Assembly: GCA_027021705.1 (NCBI GenBank)
Contig: JALUTT010000020.1
Coordinates: 591-64,590 of the forward strand
DNA: 64,000 bases
Direction of reading: 5' to 3'
Source: Anaerolineae bacterium
GTDB lineage: Bacteria; Chloroflexota; Anaerolineae; S140-20
The notes under the pieces were generated by a model that was not told where the DNA came from, made no database searches, and saw nothing but the letters and a program-made list of their open reading frames with translations. Positions within the stretch are counted from its first letter, which is position 1, and each line of letters starts with the position of its first letter. The translations under genes and the position numbers were made by a program. This document shows, in pieces, positions 1-14,220 of this stretch.

Positions 1-2121
1 CAGCAGGTGGGTGAAGACCTTGTACCGGGTCGTCACCGGGGCCTCTGCCTGCCAGTAGAGGGTCAGCCTCAGCGTCTCGCCCGGGCGCACCCGGTCCTCC
101 CCCAGGTCGTAGCCCAGGAACCGGATCGCCTCCCCCAGCCGCAGGTCGCTGGGGTGGGCGATGGCCGGCGTCGAGGCCGGCGCCTCGACCTCCTCCCCCG
201 CCCCCTTGAGCGCGATGGTGTAGACGGGCAGTCCACCGCCCTCGCCCACGGCGACGAGGACCCGATAGGTGCCCCCGGGCAGCGCCGGGCTCAGGGGGAG
301 CGTCACTTCCTGGCGGACGGGGACGCCCGGCGGAGGAGAGGGGAGCGGCTGTTCGACGGGCGGGAGGCGGGTCTCACGCCCATCGACCAGGGCCACCCGG
401 ATGGGGACGGTCGGGTGAGGGGCCGAGACCTGCCAGTAGAGGAAGAGGTGGAGCGTATCGCCGGCTCGATAGCGGCGCAGGGCCGCCTCCGCCCCCAACA
501 GGCGCACGCCCGGCACGACCTCCGCGTCCACGTTCCGAGGGGGGGAGAAGCCGGGGGCCAGCTCGTCCACTGACCGCAACCGCTCCGGGGTGCGGGGGTA
601 GAAGTAGACCTGGGCGTCGTCGAAGCGGTAGACCCGCTCCGCCGGGGCCTGCCCCCGGAGCCAGGCCCGGATCGCTCCCTGGGGATCGTTCTCCAGGGCG
701 TAGGGCGTCAGCACCAGCCAGAGGCCCTCCGCCTGCTCCCACAGCGGTGCCAGGAAGGCGGCCGCCCAGTCCGGAGTGATCGGCTGCCCGTTGGGGATGC
801 CGCGCCACCCACCTCGGTAGTAGAAGCTGAAGATGGGCCAATCCCGGTCGTTGTGCAGGACAACGACATCGCCGGGGTGGACGTAGGCTCGGAGCGTGGC
901 GGCCACGGAGCGGAAGCTATCTGTAGGCCAGCGACCGGGGTAGTAGGTGAGCAGCCCCCATCGGACCTGGACGAGGAGGACGGCGACCAGGAGCAGCCCG
1001 AAGAGGCGACGATGGCGGCGGCCCAGCGCGGCCAACCCACCGGCCATCAGCAGGTAGGGGAGAGGGGAGAGGGGGACCAGGTAGCGGGGGGCGGGGGCCG
1101 GGGTGTAGAGGAAACGGCGGGGCCGGGTCAGCAGAAAGAGGGTCAGCGGGGCCAGGAGGCTGCCCAGCAGCAGGCCCAGCCCCAAGACCGATCGGGCCAG
1201 GCCCCCTCCGGTGTCCTGCGGGGGGCCGGCGGGCCGTGCTCCTGTCCGCTGCCGGAGGAGGGCGAGGAGCCCCAGGCCCAGGACGGCCCACCAGAGCAGA
1301 GTGGGCCATCGGTAGTCCTCCAGCGGGGAGGGGATGCCCACGCTGACGAGGGTGGCGTTCAGTTGGACGATGAAGGTCCAAGGGGGAGTGGCCCAGCCTT
1401 GGACCCGCCAACTCTGCATCCGGGGGAGCGCCCAGGCCCCCCAGGCGATGAGGGGGAGGGCGAGGGCGGCTTGGGCAGCCACCCAGCGGGCCAACAGGGC
1501 CGGGCGGCGGGGCCGGCTCCAGCTCCAGGCCAGGAGGAAGGCCAGGTTGAGGGCGAGGAGAGCGACGGCGGCCAGGTAGGTGGTGAGGACGGCGGCAGCT
1601 CCGGCCAGGAGGTAGCCCAGGAGAGCGAGGGCTCGGCGACGGCCCGTCGGCCCCCGGATCAGCGTCAGGGCGGCCCAGAAGGCCAGGAGGATGAGGGTGC
1701 CGGCCAGGGCGTACATCCGCATCTGCTGGCCCCACCAGATGGAGAGGCGGGAGAGCCCCAGGAGGAGGGCGGCCAGGGGGGCTCCCCAGGGACCGGCCAG
1801 GGATCGGCCCAGCCGGGCGGCCGTGGCGACGGCGAGGAGGCTGGCGGCAGCCGAGAGGAAGCGTAGGACGAACTCTCCCTCCCCCACCACCTGCCGCCAG
1901 GCGTGGAGCAAGAGGTAGTAGAGCGGGGGGTTGTTGGCGTCGGTCACGGCCCGGTGCAAGATGCCGGACCAGGATTCCCGGGCCACGTGGACGGCGTGGC
2001 CCTCATCCCACCAGACGCTGGCCCCATCCAGCCGGTAGAGGCGCAATCCCCAGGCCAGCCCCAGGATCAGAAGGAGAGAGGCCAGGATGCGCTTCTTGCT
2101 TTGGCTATGTTGGCGGTCCAT
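1..2121 (-). CDS. Glycosyltransferase family 39 (ArnT/PMT-like) polytopic membrane protein, partial (runs off window start)
   Basis: Manual translation from ATG at 2121: MDRQHSQSKKRILASLLLILGLAWGLRLYRLDGASVWWDEGHAVHVARE...NNPPLYYLLLHAW...GEFVLRFLS, matching the GT39 WxDE and PPLYY motifs. Absent from the ORF track, consistent with no stop before the window edge. Confidence 0.8.
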   Translation of the reverse strand, partial: MDRQHSQSKKRILASLLLILGLAWGLRLYRLDGASVWWDEGHAVHVARESWSGILHRAVTDANNPPLYYLLLHAWRQVVGEGEFVLRFLSAAASLLAVATAARLGRSLAGPWGAPLAALLLGLSRLSIWWGQQMRMYALAGTLILLAFWAALTLIRGPTGRRRALALLGYLLAGAAAVLTTYLAAVALLALNLAFLLAWSWSRPRRPALLARWVAAQAALALPLIAWGAWALPRMQSWRVQGWATPPWTFIVQLNATLVSVGIPSPLEDYRWPTLLWWAVLGLGLLALLRQRTGARPAGPPQDTGGGLARSVLGLGLLLGSLLAPLTLFLLTRPRRFLYTPAPAPRYLVPLSPLPYLLMAGGLAALGRRHRRLFGLLLVAVLLVQVRWGLLTYYPGRWPTDSFRSVAATLRAYVHPGDVVVLHNDRDWPIFSFYYRGGWRGIPNGQPITPDWAAAFLAPLWEQAEGLWLVLTPYALENDPQGAIRAWLRGQAPAERVYRFDDAQVYFYPRTPERLRSVDELAPGFSPPRNVDAEVVPGVRLLGAEAALRRYRAGDTLHLFLYWQVSAPHPTVPIRVALVDGRETRLPPVEQPLPSPPPGVPVRQEVTLPLSPALPGGTYRVLVAVGEGGGLPVYTIALKGAGEEVEAPASTPAIAHPSDLRLGEAIRFLGYDLGEDRVRPGETLRLTLYWQAEAPVTTRYKVFTHLL

Positions 2122-2254
2122 ACTGCCGAGCTAGAAAGTTGAAGCATGCCTGGTAGTAGCGTCCGGCTGGATGAGTCGCGTGGACCAAGAAGCTGGCATC
2201 CCAATACAAGCGCTTGGGCAAAAGAGCATCAAAGTTAAAAACTTGAGCGCTCAT
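2105..2254 (-). pseudogene. Truncated PIN-domain (VapC-like) toxin fragment, 49 aa
   Basis: MSAQVFNFDALLPKRLYWDASFLVHATHPAGRYYQACFNFLARQYGPPT*. LYWDASFLV resembles the first PIN acidic motif. Overlaps the end of the upstream antitoxin-like ORF; region is AT-richer than its flanks. Confidence 0.5.
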
Positions 2255-2498
2255 CTATCTGCTCGTATCCGCGCTTCGTCAAATCAATGTCTACAGATTG
2301 GATGCTATTTTGCATATCTCCGCGCTCTCGCCACAGGCCCACAAAAGCATAGGACCGTAAAGGCTTCTTAGGGGCGGGAGACAGTCGTCGTGAGACACGA
2401 TAACGTTGCTCCAAGAAAGCGAGGAGATCCAATATCTGTCGTTGTGCTTCAGGAGGCAAAGCTAGAAATCGCTTTTCCAATTCCCGGATTTGACGCAT
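2235..2498 (-). CDS. DUF2281-like putative antitoxin
   Basis: MRQIRELEKRFLALPPEAQRQILDLLAFLEQRY...FVGLWRERGDM has the LPPEAQxQxLDxxxFL and FVGxW motifs typical of DUF2281 proteins. Start set at ATG 2498. Confidence 0.6.
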   Translation of the reverse strand: MRQIRELEKRFLALPPEAQRQILDLLAFLEQRYRVSRRLSPAPKKPLRSYAFVGLWRERGDMQNSIQSVDIDLTKRGYEQIDERSSF

Positions 2499-2591
2499 GA
2501 TTTTCCTCCCCTTGGGGGGTAAGTAGAATTCTTGTCTTGCAGTATATCCCCTTTCTTCTCTGCGTGGAAAGTGACGCTGAAGCATTCTAGC

Positions 2592-7535
<4,944 letters not shown>

Positions 7536-7782
7536 ACCCTCCTCGGTGCCTTCGTCCTCAGTCCTTCGTCCGCTGAAGTCCTCAATGTCGCTCCTCCGAG
7601 AGGACCTCTCTAATTGTACCACGGATTGGACACTTCCCCAACCACCAGGCCGGGCTATGGGAAGCTGCCCTACATCTGAGGCGCTGAAAGGGCGAAGACG
7701 CTGAGATTTCAGCGGCCTCATCCCCTTCGGCGTTCAGTGATTCAGAGGGCTCGCGTATGGGCTACCATCAGCCCCCTGGCGC

Positions 7783-7811
7783 TTGTCAAAATTCGCTATC
7801 GGTGGTAGAGT
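7783..7811 (+). promoter_or_regulatory. Putative sigma70 promoter for greA
   Basis: TTGTCA-17 bp-TAGAGT with TG extension. Confidence 0.45.
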
Positions 7812-7828
7812 TCTTTTCCACCGGCTTC

Positions 7829-7919
7829 ACCCTCCTGCAGGTTGAGGAACCGGTCGCTTTAACTCCGTGACGGATCAGACCGCGCACACGGACGATCAAT
7901 CGGTGAACCTGCGGGAGGG
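7829..7919. repeat. REPIN/MITE-like element, divergent-interior copy in the greA leader
   Basis: accctcctgcaggtt ... aacctgcgggaggg inverted ends as in the other copies, but a different interior. Confidence 0.6.
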
Positions 7920-7966
7920 CAGGTTGAGCGGCACGGGCCGCAAAATCCACCTAAGGGAGGAGAGCG

Positions 7967-8440
7967 GTGAAGGAATCGGACGCGGTCTACCTGACGGCTG
8001 AAGGCATCGAAAAGCTGCGCCGGGAATTGGATCACCTGATCCGGGTCAGGAAACCCCAGGTGTCGGCCCGGCTGCGCCACGCCATCCAGATGGGTGACCT
8101 CTCTGAGAACGCCGACTACATCGCCGCCAAGGAGGAGATGGGCTTCATCCAAGGCCGCATTGACCAACTGGAGCAGATGCTGAAGAACGCCGTTCTCATC
8201 GAAAACCACGGGGACGGGGACGTGGTTGCCTTGGGCTCGCGGGTCACCATCGTCGAGGAGGGGGAGGAGGAGGCGGAGACCTTCCAGATCGTGGGGGCAG
8301 CCGAGGCCGATCCGGGCAACGGTCGCGTCTCCAACGAGTCGCCCCTGGGGCGGGCGCTGCTGGGTCGGCGGGTTGGCGATCGGGTGGTGGTCCACGCTCC
8401 TGGCGGAGAGCTGGTCTTCCGCATCATCGCCATCGAGTAG
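7967..8440 (+). CDS. greA: Transcription elongation factor GreA
   Basis: YLTAEG, GDLSENADY, EADPGNGRVSNESPLGRALLG. Confidence 0.95.
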   Translation: MKESDAVYLTAEGIEKLRRELDHLIRVRKPQVSARLRHAIQMGDLSENADYIAAKEEMGFIQGRIDQLEQMLKNAVLIENHGDGDVVALGSRVTIVEEGEEEAETFQIVGAAEADPGNGRVSNESPLGRALLGRRVGDRVVVHAPGGELVFRIIAIE

Positions 8441-8448
8441 GAGGAGCG

Positions 8449-9633
8449 ATGGTCTCCCAGCCATCGAACAGGACGATCCCGGCTCAGCGGGTCCGTGGGT
8501 TCGGCACCACCATCTTCAGCGAGATGAGCGCCCTGGCCCTGGAGCACCAGGCCATCAATCTGGGCCAGGGCTTCCCCGATTTCGACGGCCCCGAGGTGGT
8601 CAAGCAGGCAGCCATTGAGGCGATCTCGCGGGGGATCAACCAGTACGCCCCTGGGATCGGCGACCGTCGGCTACGGCATGCCATTGCCGAGCACGTGGCC
8701 CGTTTCTACGGGCGGGCTGTGGACCCGGAGGGGGAGATCACGGTCACAGCCGGCGCGACGGAGGCGATCTTCGCCGTGATGCAGGGGCTTCTGGACCCGG
8801 GCGACGAGGTGGTCCTCTTCGAGCCTTTCTACGACTCCTACGTCCCTTCCATCACAATGGCCGGCGGTGTTCCCCGCTACGTCCCCCTGCACCCTCCCGA
8901 CTGGGATTTCGACCCGGAGGCGCTGCGGGCCGCCTTCGGACCGCGCACGAAGGCGGTGCTGCTGAACACGCCTCACAACCCCACAGGTAAGGTCTTCGGG
9001 CAGGAGGAGTTGGTCCTGATCGGGGAGCTCTGCCAGGAGCACGACGCCGTTATCATCTCCGACGAGGTCTACGAGCACCTGACCTACGACGGTGTGCGTC
9101 ACCTCTCGCCGGCCGACCTGCCGGGCCTGGCAGAGCGGACGATGACCGTCAGCAGCGTGGCCAAGAGCTTCAGCCTGACCGGCTGGAAGGTAGGGTGGGC
9201 CATCGCGCCGCCTCCTCTGACGACGGCGTTGCGTCGAGCGCATCAGTTTATCACCTTCTGCGCAGCAGCCCCCTTGCAACGGGCCGCCGGCGTCGCCTTG
9301 AAGCTGCCCGATGGCTACTTCCAGAATTTGGCCGCCGACTACCAGCGCAAGCGGGACTACCTGGTCCGGGCGCTGCAAGAGGCCGGCTTCCGAGTCTATC
9401 TCCCCAAAGGCACCTACTTTGTGATGGCCGACTTCCGTCCCCTGGGATTCGAGGACGATGTGACCTTCTGCCGCTACCTGACGGTCGAGGTCGGGGTGGC
9501 GGCCATCCCCCCTAGCTTCTTCTACAGCGAGGCCCACAAGGCGTTGGGCAAGCCCCTGGTTCGCTTCGCCTTCTGCAAGCGCTTGGAGACGTTGCAGGCA
9601 GCCGCAGAGCGATTGAGGCGAATCTCTCGGTAA
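8449..9633 (+). CDS. Class I/II PLP aminotransferase (YbdL/kynurenine aminotransferase-like)
   Basis: AINLGQGFPDF, LNTPHNPTG, SDEVYEH, SSVAKSFSLTGWKVGW, VRFAFCK. Confidence 0.92.
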   Translation: MVSQPSNRTIPAQRVRGFGTTIFSEMSALALEHQAINLGQGFPDFDGPEVVKQAAIEAISRGINQYAPGIGDRRLRHAIAEHVARFYGRAVDPEGEITVTAGATEAIFAVMQGLLDPGDEVVLFEPFYDSYVPSITMAGGVPRYVPLHPPDWDFDPEALRAAFGPRTKAVLLNTPHNPTGKVFGQEELVLIGELCQEHDAVIISDEVYEHLTYDGVRHLSPADLPGLAERTMTVSSVAKSFSLTGWKVGWAIAPPPLTTALRRAHQFITFCAAAPLQRAAGVALKLPDGYFQNLAADYQRKRDYLVRALQEAGFRVYLPKGTYFVMADFRPLGFEDDVTFCRYLTVEVGVAAIPPSFFYSEAHKALGKPLVRFAFCKRLETLQAAAERLRRISR

Positions 9634-9639
9634 AAGGGC

Positions 9640-9667
9640 TTGACAACGCGCCAAATCCTGCTAAAAT
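9640..9667 (+). promoter_or_regulatory. Putative sigma70 promoter
   Basis: TTGACA-16 bp-TAAAAT with TG extension. Confidence 0.6.
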
Positions 9668-9794
9668 TTAACAGAGACCTTGAGCTTTAGGGATGTTTGA
9701 AGCGCGGCCACGAGGCATCGGTGCAGGAGCGACCTAAAGGTCGCTTTTGCGTCCCCTTCCGCATGCTCCAACCACACCTGGGATTCCTGGTGCG

Positions 9795-10463
9795 ATGACC
9801 CCTCCACCCGGTGAACAAGAATGGATAAGCCTGAGCGAGGCGGCTGAGCTGTTGGGAGTGCATCCCAACACGCTCCGCCACTGGGCTGATCAGGGAGAGT
9901 TTCCCTCCGTACGGACCCCGGGAGGGCACCGGCGCTTCCGCCGGGCCGACGTGGAAGCTTACCTGAACCGTTCGCAGCGGACCAGCCACCCTCCCGCCAT
10001 CCACATCCTGGTGCAGAGTGCCTTGGGGCAGACCCGGCTGGGGATCGGGGAGGGCGACCTATACCAAGAGGACTGGTACGTCCGTCTGGATGAAGCGGGG
10101 CAGAAGGCGTATGGTGGGTTGGGCCGCGAGATCCTGAAGGCGGTGAGCGTCTACCTGGGCCAGCCCCAGAAGCGGGCCGAGGGAATCGCGAAGTTCCAGG
10201 ACCTGGGCCGCCGCCACGCCCGAGTTGCCCGGCGGTACAACCTGACGATACGCCAGACGGTAGCCGCCTACCTCTACTTCCGGGATTTCCTCCTGAACAG
10301 TACCCTTCAGATCATCGAGGCGATGACCTCGGAGAGCGTTGCCCACTGGCACGAGACCCTGCGCCAGATCAACCTCTTTCTGGACGAAATGCTCCTCGCG
10401 CTGGTAGAGTCCTTTGAGGAACAGGAGCGGAAGGACAGAGCTTCGCGAGAGGGCGTCCGATGA
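9795..10463 (+). CDS. Excisionase/MerR-like HTH regulator with C-terminal RsbR-N-like helical sensor domain
   Basis: WISLSEAAELLGVHPNTLRHWADQG..RTPGGHRRF (HTH_17 type); C-terminal LGRRHARVARRY..TIRQTVAAYLYFRD. Start set at ATG 9795. Confidence 0.8.
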   Translation: MTPPPGEQEWISLSEAAELLGVHPNTLRHWADQGEFPSVRTPGGHRRFRRADVEAYLNRSQRTSHPPAIHILVQSALGQTRLGIGEGDLYQEDWYVRLDEAGQKAYGGLGREILKAVSVYLGQPQKRAEGIAKFQDLGRRHARVARRYNLTIRQTVAAYLYFRDFLLNSTLQIIEAMTSESVAHWHETLRQINLFLDEMLLALVESFEEQERKDRASREGVR

Positions 10464-10612
10464 GCAGAAAAGGACATCCCCCCCACCGGGCCCCTGAGGG
10501 TTCCTTCCTGTACGACCGGTTGGTCCCCATCGTGCTGGTTGTGCTCTTCGCCCTGTTCCTCCTCATTTCCCTCATCGCCCTCGCCATCGGCCTCGGTCTG
10601 CTGGGCATCTGA
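10460..10612 (+). CDS. Small single-TM membrane protein (50 aa)
   Basis: MSRKGHPPHRAPEGSFLYDRLVPIVLVVLFALFLLLISLIALAIGLGLLGI*; ATGA overlap with the upstream stop. Confidence 0.6.
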   Translation: MSRKGHPPHRAPEGSFLYDRLVPIVLVVLFALFLLISLIALAIGLGLLGI

Positions 10613-10658
10613 ACGGTCGCCCCGGTGATTGTTTCGCACGCTCAAAAGGAGTTCAATT

Positions 10659-11399
10659 ATGCAGATAGATCGTTGGCTGCCCTTTGCCTCTATGCTGGTC
10701 ACCGCCATCTTTGCGGCGGCCGTGCTGCGCCGGTACGTGCGGCGGCGTCGTCCCTACCTGCTCTTCTGGGGCCTGGGGCTGGTCTTCTACGGGTTGGGGG
10801 CTTTCGCTGAGTTCTACTCCACGCTGGCCTGGAGTCCGCTCGTCTTCCGCCTCTGGTACATCGGTGGGGCGCTCCTCACAGCCGCCTGGCTGGGCCAGGG
10901 GACCGTCTTCCTGCTGGTGCGGCGGGGACGGATCGCCTTCTACCTGATGGTCCTCCTCCTGATCGGGTCGGCGCTGGCGGTGATTGTGATGTTCAACACG
11001 CCTCTCAATGCGGGGGCCTTCTCGCCCGACCGTCCGCTGAGCGTCCAGTACAAGACGGACCGGGAGGCGGGTATCGTCGGCATCCTGCCCGAAGGCGCCC
11101 TGGTGCGCAAACTGACGCCCATCTTCAACCTGTATGGGACGGTAGCCCTGGTCGGCGGGGCGATCTACTCCTCCTGGATCTTTTGGCGCAAACGCATCCT
11201 GCCCAACCGGATGATCGGCAACATCCTCATCGCCGTGGGGGCGCTCTCCCCGGCCTTTGGCGGCACGCTCAGCCGGCTGGGCATGCCGGAGTTCCTTTAC
11301 ATCAGCGAACTCCTGGGCGCGGTGTTGATGTTCATCGGCTTCCTGCAGGCTACCGCTGTGCCCGAAGCGGCTCCCTCGCCGCGCCCCTCGCGGGCCTAA
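10659..11399 (+). CDS. Multi-pass (about 7 TM) membrane protein
   Basis: Repeated TM segments and AAWLGQGT motif; AAGGAG RBS before ATG 10659. Confidence 0.8.
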   Translation: MQIDRWLPFASMLVTAIFAAAVLRRYVRRRRPYLLFWGLGLVFYGLGAFAEFYSTLAWSPLVFRLWYIGGALLTAAWLGQGTVFLLVRRGRIAFYLMVLLLIGSALAVIVMFNTPLNAGAFSPDRPLSVQYKTDREAGIVGILPEGALVRKLTPIFNLYGTVALVGGAIYSSWIFWRKRILPNRMIGNILIAVGALSPAFGGTLSRLGMPEFLYISELLGAVLMFIGFLQATAVPEAAPSPRPSRA

Positions 11400-11431
11400 C
11401 CGACGAGCGAACGGCGCTTCGGACCCACCCC

Positions 11432-11469
11432 AAGCGACGCACCAAAGACTCCATCGGTGCGTCGCTTTT
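11432..11469 (+). terminator. Intrinsic terminator / palindrome
   Basis: aagcgacgcacc-12 nt-ggtgcgtcgctt-tt downstream of the 10659-11399 gene. Confidence 0.6.
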
Positions 11470-11476
11470 CGTTAGT

Positions 11477-11597
11477 AACCGTTCACCCTCCCGCAGGTTA
11501 GGCGCGTTTCCGACGCGAAACCATGCTTCCAATAGCCCATCGGGGCTGAAAGCGCCCTCGACCGGTGACCTGCGGGAGGGTAGGCGGAATAGATACT
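11477..11597 (+). repeat. REPIN/MITE-like dispersed element, copy 1
   Basis: accctcccgcaggt...acctgcgggagggt inverted ends; interior nearly identical to the copies at 18.8, 38.8 and 58.4 kb. Confidence 0.9.
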
Positions 11598-11613
11598 TTC
11601 GTTATTCCGGGGA

Positions 11614-12693
11614 TCACTCCTCTCCGCCGGCTGTCATCAACTCGGCGAGGAGGCTCTCCAGAAGGCGTTCGGAGAGCGGCCCCACGTGGCGGGCGGTGAT
11701 GAGCCCGTCGGGGCGGAGGAAGAGGGTGGTGGGCAGCGCCCGCACCTGGTAGCGCTTCTCCCCCACCGTCGCGGTGGGGTCGAGCAGGATGGGGAAGGTC
11801 AGGTCCAGCCTCTGGACGATGGGCTGTACCGTCTCGGCCTTCTCGCGCAGGTCCACGGCCAGGACGATGAGCCCCTGAGGGGCGTAACGGCGGTAGGTCT
11901 CCTGGAGGAGGGAGAGGTCCCCTTGGCAGGCGGGACACCAGGTGGCCCAGAAGTAGAGGATGACCGGTCGCCCTCGCAGAGCGCTCAGCCGGTGGACGGA
12001 CCCATCCAGGGCCTGCAGGGAGAAGTCGGGGGCCGACGCGCCGGCCTGGGGGGCGACGGTCGGCAGGGCGGCGGGAACCGGTGTCGGAGGCGGGGCCGCT
12101 GGGGGGGCCACTGCCAGCGGGCGAAGGACGCTGACCTCCGCCTGGGCGTAGAGGCTGTTCAGCCAGGTCTCGACATCCCCATCGGGAGGCAGCGTCGCCT
12201 GGGCCTGGGCAACCAGGAGCAGCCGTCGGACCGCTGCCGTCAGTTGGTCCCGGCTCAGCCCCACCTGGGCAAGGGCTTCTTCCAGAGCGGCTTCATCCAG
12301 GTCCAGTTGGGCCAGCCAGTCGGCGATCCAGGCCTCGGCCTCCTCAGCCGGCGGGAGGGTGAGGCCGGCCTCCTGGGCTGCCCGCAGCACCAGCCGCTCG
12401 CTGACCAGGCGGTTCAGGGTCTCCTCCGGCGAGGGGGTGGGCTGCCCCGCCAGCCGGCTCATCGCGCGGTCCAGGGCTACCGCCCGGAGCCAGGCTCCCC
12501 GGGTGATGGGGTCCCCGTTGATCAGGGCCACGATCTCCTCGTCAGCCTCGCCGGCCCCAGGTGAGCGTGGTGGTGGAAGGGAGGGGGTGGGCACGGGGCG
12601 AGGCGGGCGGGCGGCCAGGCTGAAGAGCCCCACCAAGAGCAGGAGGCCGACGGCGAGGGCGCTGCCGATGAATAGGAGGCGACGGGAGACCAC
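11614..12693 (-). CDS. Membrane-anchored SurA-N-like domain + TlpA/ResA-type thiol-disulfide oxidoreductase
   Basis: N-terminal TM; IVALINGDPITR..LNRLVSERLVLRAA; APDFSLQALDG..FWATWCPAC..ALPTT. Confidence 0.82.
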   Translation of the reverse strand: MVSRRLLFIGSALAVGLLLLVGLFSLAARPPRPVPTPSLPPPRSPGAGEADEEIVALINGDPITRGAWLRAVALDRAMSRLAGQPTPSPEETLNRLVSERLVLRAAQEAGLTLPPAEEAEAWIADWLAQLDLDEAALEEALAQVGLSRDQLTAAVRRLLLVAQAQATLPPDGDVETWLNSLYAQAEVSVLRPLAVAPPAAPPPTPVPAALPTVAPQAGASAPDFSLQALDGSVHRLSALRGRPVILYFWATWCPACQGDLSLLQETYRRYAPQGLIVLAVDLREKAETVQPIVQRLDLTFPILLDPTATVGEKRYQVRALPTTLFLRPDGLITARHVGPLSERLLESLLAELMTAGGEE

Positions 12694-12699
12694 GGCGCG

Positions 12700-14034
12700 T
12701 TACCTCAAACTCACCAGCTTGTAGCCGCTGCCCCGGACGGTGACGATGGGCTGCCGCTTCCCCGAAGGGCTCAGCTTCCGGCGCAGCCGGGCCACCAGCG
12801 ACTGGAGGGCTTCGTCGCTGACTGCCCCCGGGTCGTCGTCGGGGTAGACCCGCCGGATCAGGTAGTTCCGGTCGCAGACCTTCCCCCGCCGGTCATCGAG
12901 GGCGCAGAGCAGCGCCCACTCCTTCTCCGTCAGGTCGGTGATCACCCGGCGGCCCAGGATGACTTGGTGGAGGTCCCGGTCCACGTAGAGTTCCTGGGTG
13001 ATCCCCTGCTGGGCCACGTAGTCGGCGAAGAGCCGGCAGAAGGGCTTTCTCTTGCACAGTACCTTCTTGCGCTCCAGGAGGGCGAGGGCCGGTTGGAGGT
13101 CCGCCGGAAAGGGAACGTCCTCCACGACGTAGGCCAGCGCCCGCTGTTCGTCTTCCTTGAGGCCCTCCCAGATTTTGCGACACTCCTCCCGGACGCCGGC
13201 GGTCTTCAGCAGGATCACCCGCAGGTCGTCGGCGAGAGGGTTCACCTTGCCGTCCAGCACGGCCCAGGTGGCAGCCCGCAGGAGGCCCGGATGCCCCCCG
13301 GTGGCTTCGATGAGGCGGCCGGCCTGGTTGGCCGGGACGTGGGCCTGGCGGCGGGCGGCCAGCCGGTTGATCATCCAGCGGGCGTCGGCTTGGGAGTAGG
13401 GGCCCAGCCCGAAACTGTTCAGCGAGAGGAGTTCGTAGAAAGCCTCGCTGGGGCCATCCAGGGGGCGGATGCGGCTCAGGTCGTCCCGGCTGGCGGCGAC
13501 GTAGACGAGGGCGTACTTGTGATCGTCCCGCAGGGCCCGCAGGCCGGCGAAGAGCCGGCTATCCACCTGGACGAAGACGCTGTCGAACTCGTCCAGCAGG
13601 AAGACGAGCCGGTAGCCGTAGCGCCCACGCAGGGTGCTCACCGCCCGCTCCACGTAACGCTGGGCCAGGAGCTCCCGCTCCGAGGTGATCACCTGTTGGT
13701 AGAGATCGGCGAAGTAGGTGGTGGCCTCCTGGTCCAGCCCCAGCGCCTCCACGGTCTGGACCAGACGGTGGAGGAGCAGTTCGTAGAAAGCCCAGGGAGT
13801 GAACTCTACCAGGGCGTAGGCGTCCAGGTGCAGGAAGAGGTAACGGTCCCACTCCTCGCCCAGGTAGTGGCGTCGGACATCCTCGCGCATCAGGAAGCGG
13901 AGCAGGTTGGACTTGCCAACGCTTCCCACGCCGATGAGGGCGCAGCTCTCGCCACCGGCGATGGCCCGCATCAGCGGTCCCACGATCTCCCGCCGGTAGG
14001 TGAGGGGGTGGGGATCGCGTCCCAGGTGAGCCAT
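12700..14034 (-). CDS. STAND-like P-loop NTPase with C-terminal OmpR/PhoB-type winged helix
   Basis: Walker A GVGSVGKS, Walker B LVFLLDEFD, TGGHPGLL (GxP motif), C-terminal LTEKEWALL..LVARLRRKL..IVTVRGSGY. Confidence 0.85.
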   Translation of the reverse strand: MAHLGRDPHPLTYRREIVGPLMRAIAGGESCALIGVGSVGKSNLLRFLMREDVRRHYLGEEWDRYLFLHLDAYALVEFTPWAFYELLLHRLVQTVEALGLDQEATTYFADLYQQVITSERELLAQRYVERAVSTLRGRYGYRLVFLLDEFDSVFVQVDSRLFAGLRALRDDHKYALVYVAASRDDLSRIRPLDGPSEAFYELLSLNSFGLGPYSQADARWMINRLAARRQAHVPANQAGRLIEATGGHPGLLRAATWAVLDGKVNPLADDLRVILLKTAGVREECRKIWEGLKEDEQRALAYVVEDVPFPADLQPALALLERKKVLCKRKPFCRLFADYVAQQGITQELYVDRDLHQVILGRRVITDLTEKEWALLCALDDRRGKVCDRNYLIRRVYPDDDPGAVSDEALQSLVARLRRKLSPSGKRQPIVTVRGSGYKLVSLR

Positions 14035-14050
14035 TGTGCCTCCTTGGTCG

Positions 14051-14220
14051 GGTGAAGTCCGGTGAAGTCCTCAGTCCTCAGTCCTCGGTCCTTGCCCCTT
14101 GTCGCGTGGTCGCGTGGTCGCGTGGTCGCGTGGTCGCTTGGTCGCTTGGTCGGGTGGTCGGCGGTCGGCGGTCGGCGGTCAGCGGTCCACCAGCGGTCGG
14201 CGGTCCGCGGTCAGCGGTCG
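14051..14220. repeat. Composite short tandem repeats: GTCCTCA, (GTCGCGTG)x4 plus variants, (GCGGTCG)n
   Basis: Read directly; fills the gap between the 14211-16760 and 12700-14034 genes. Confidence 0.9.
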
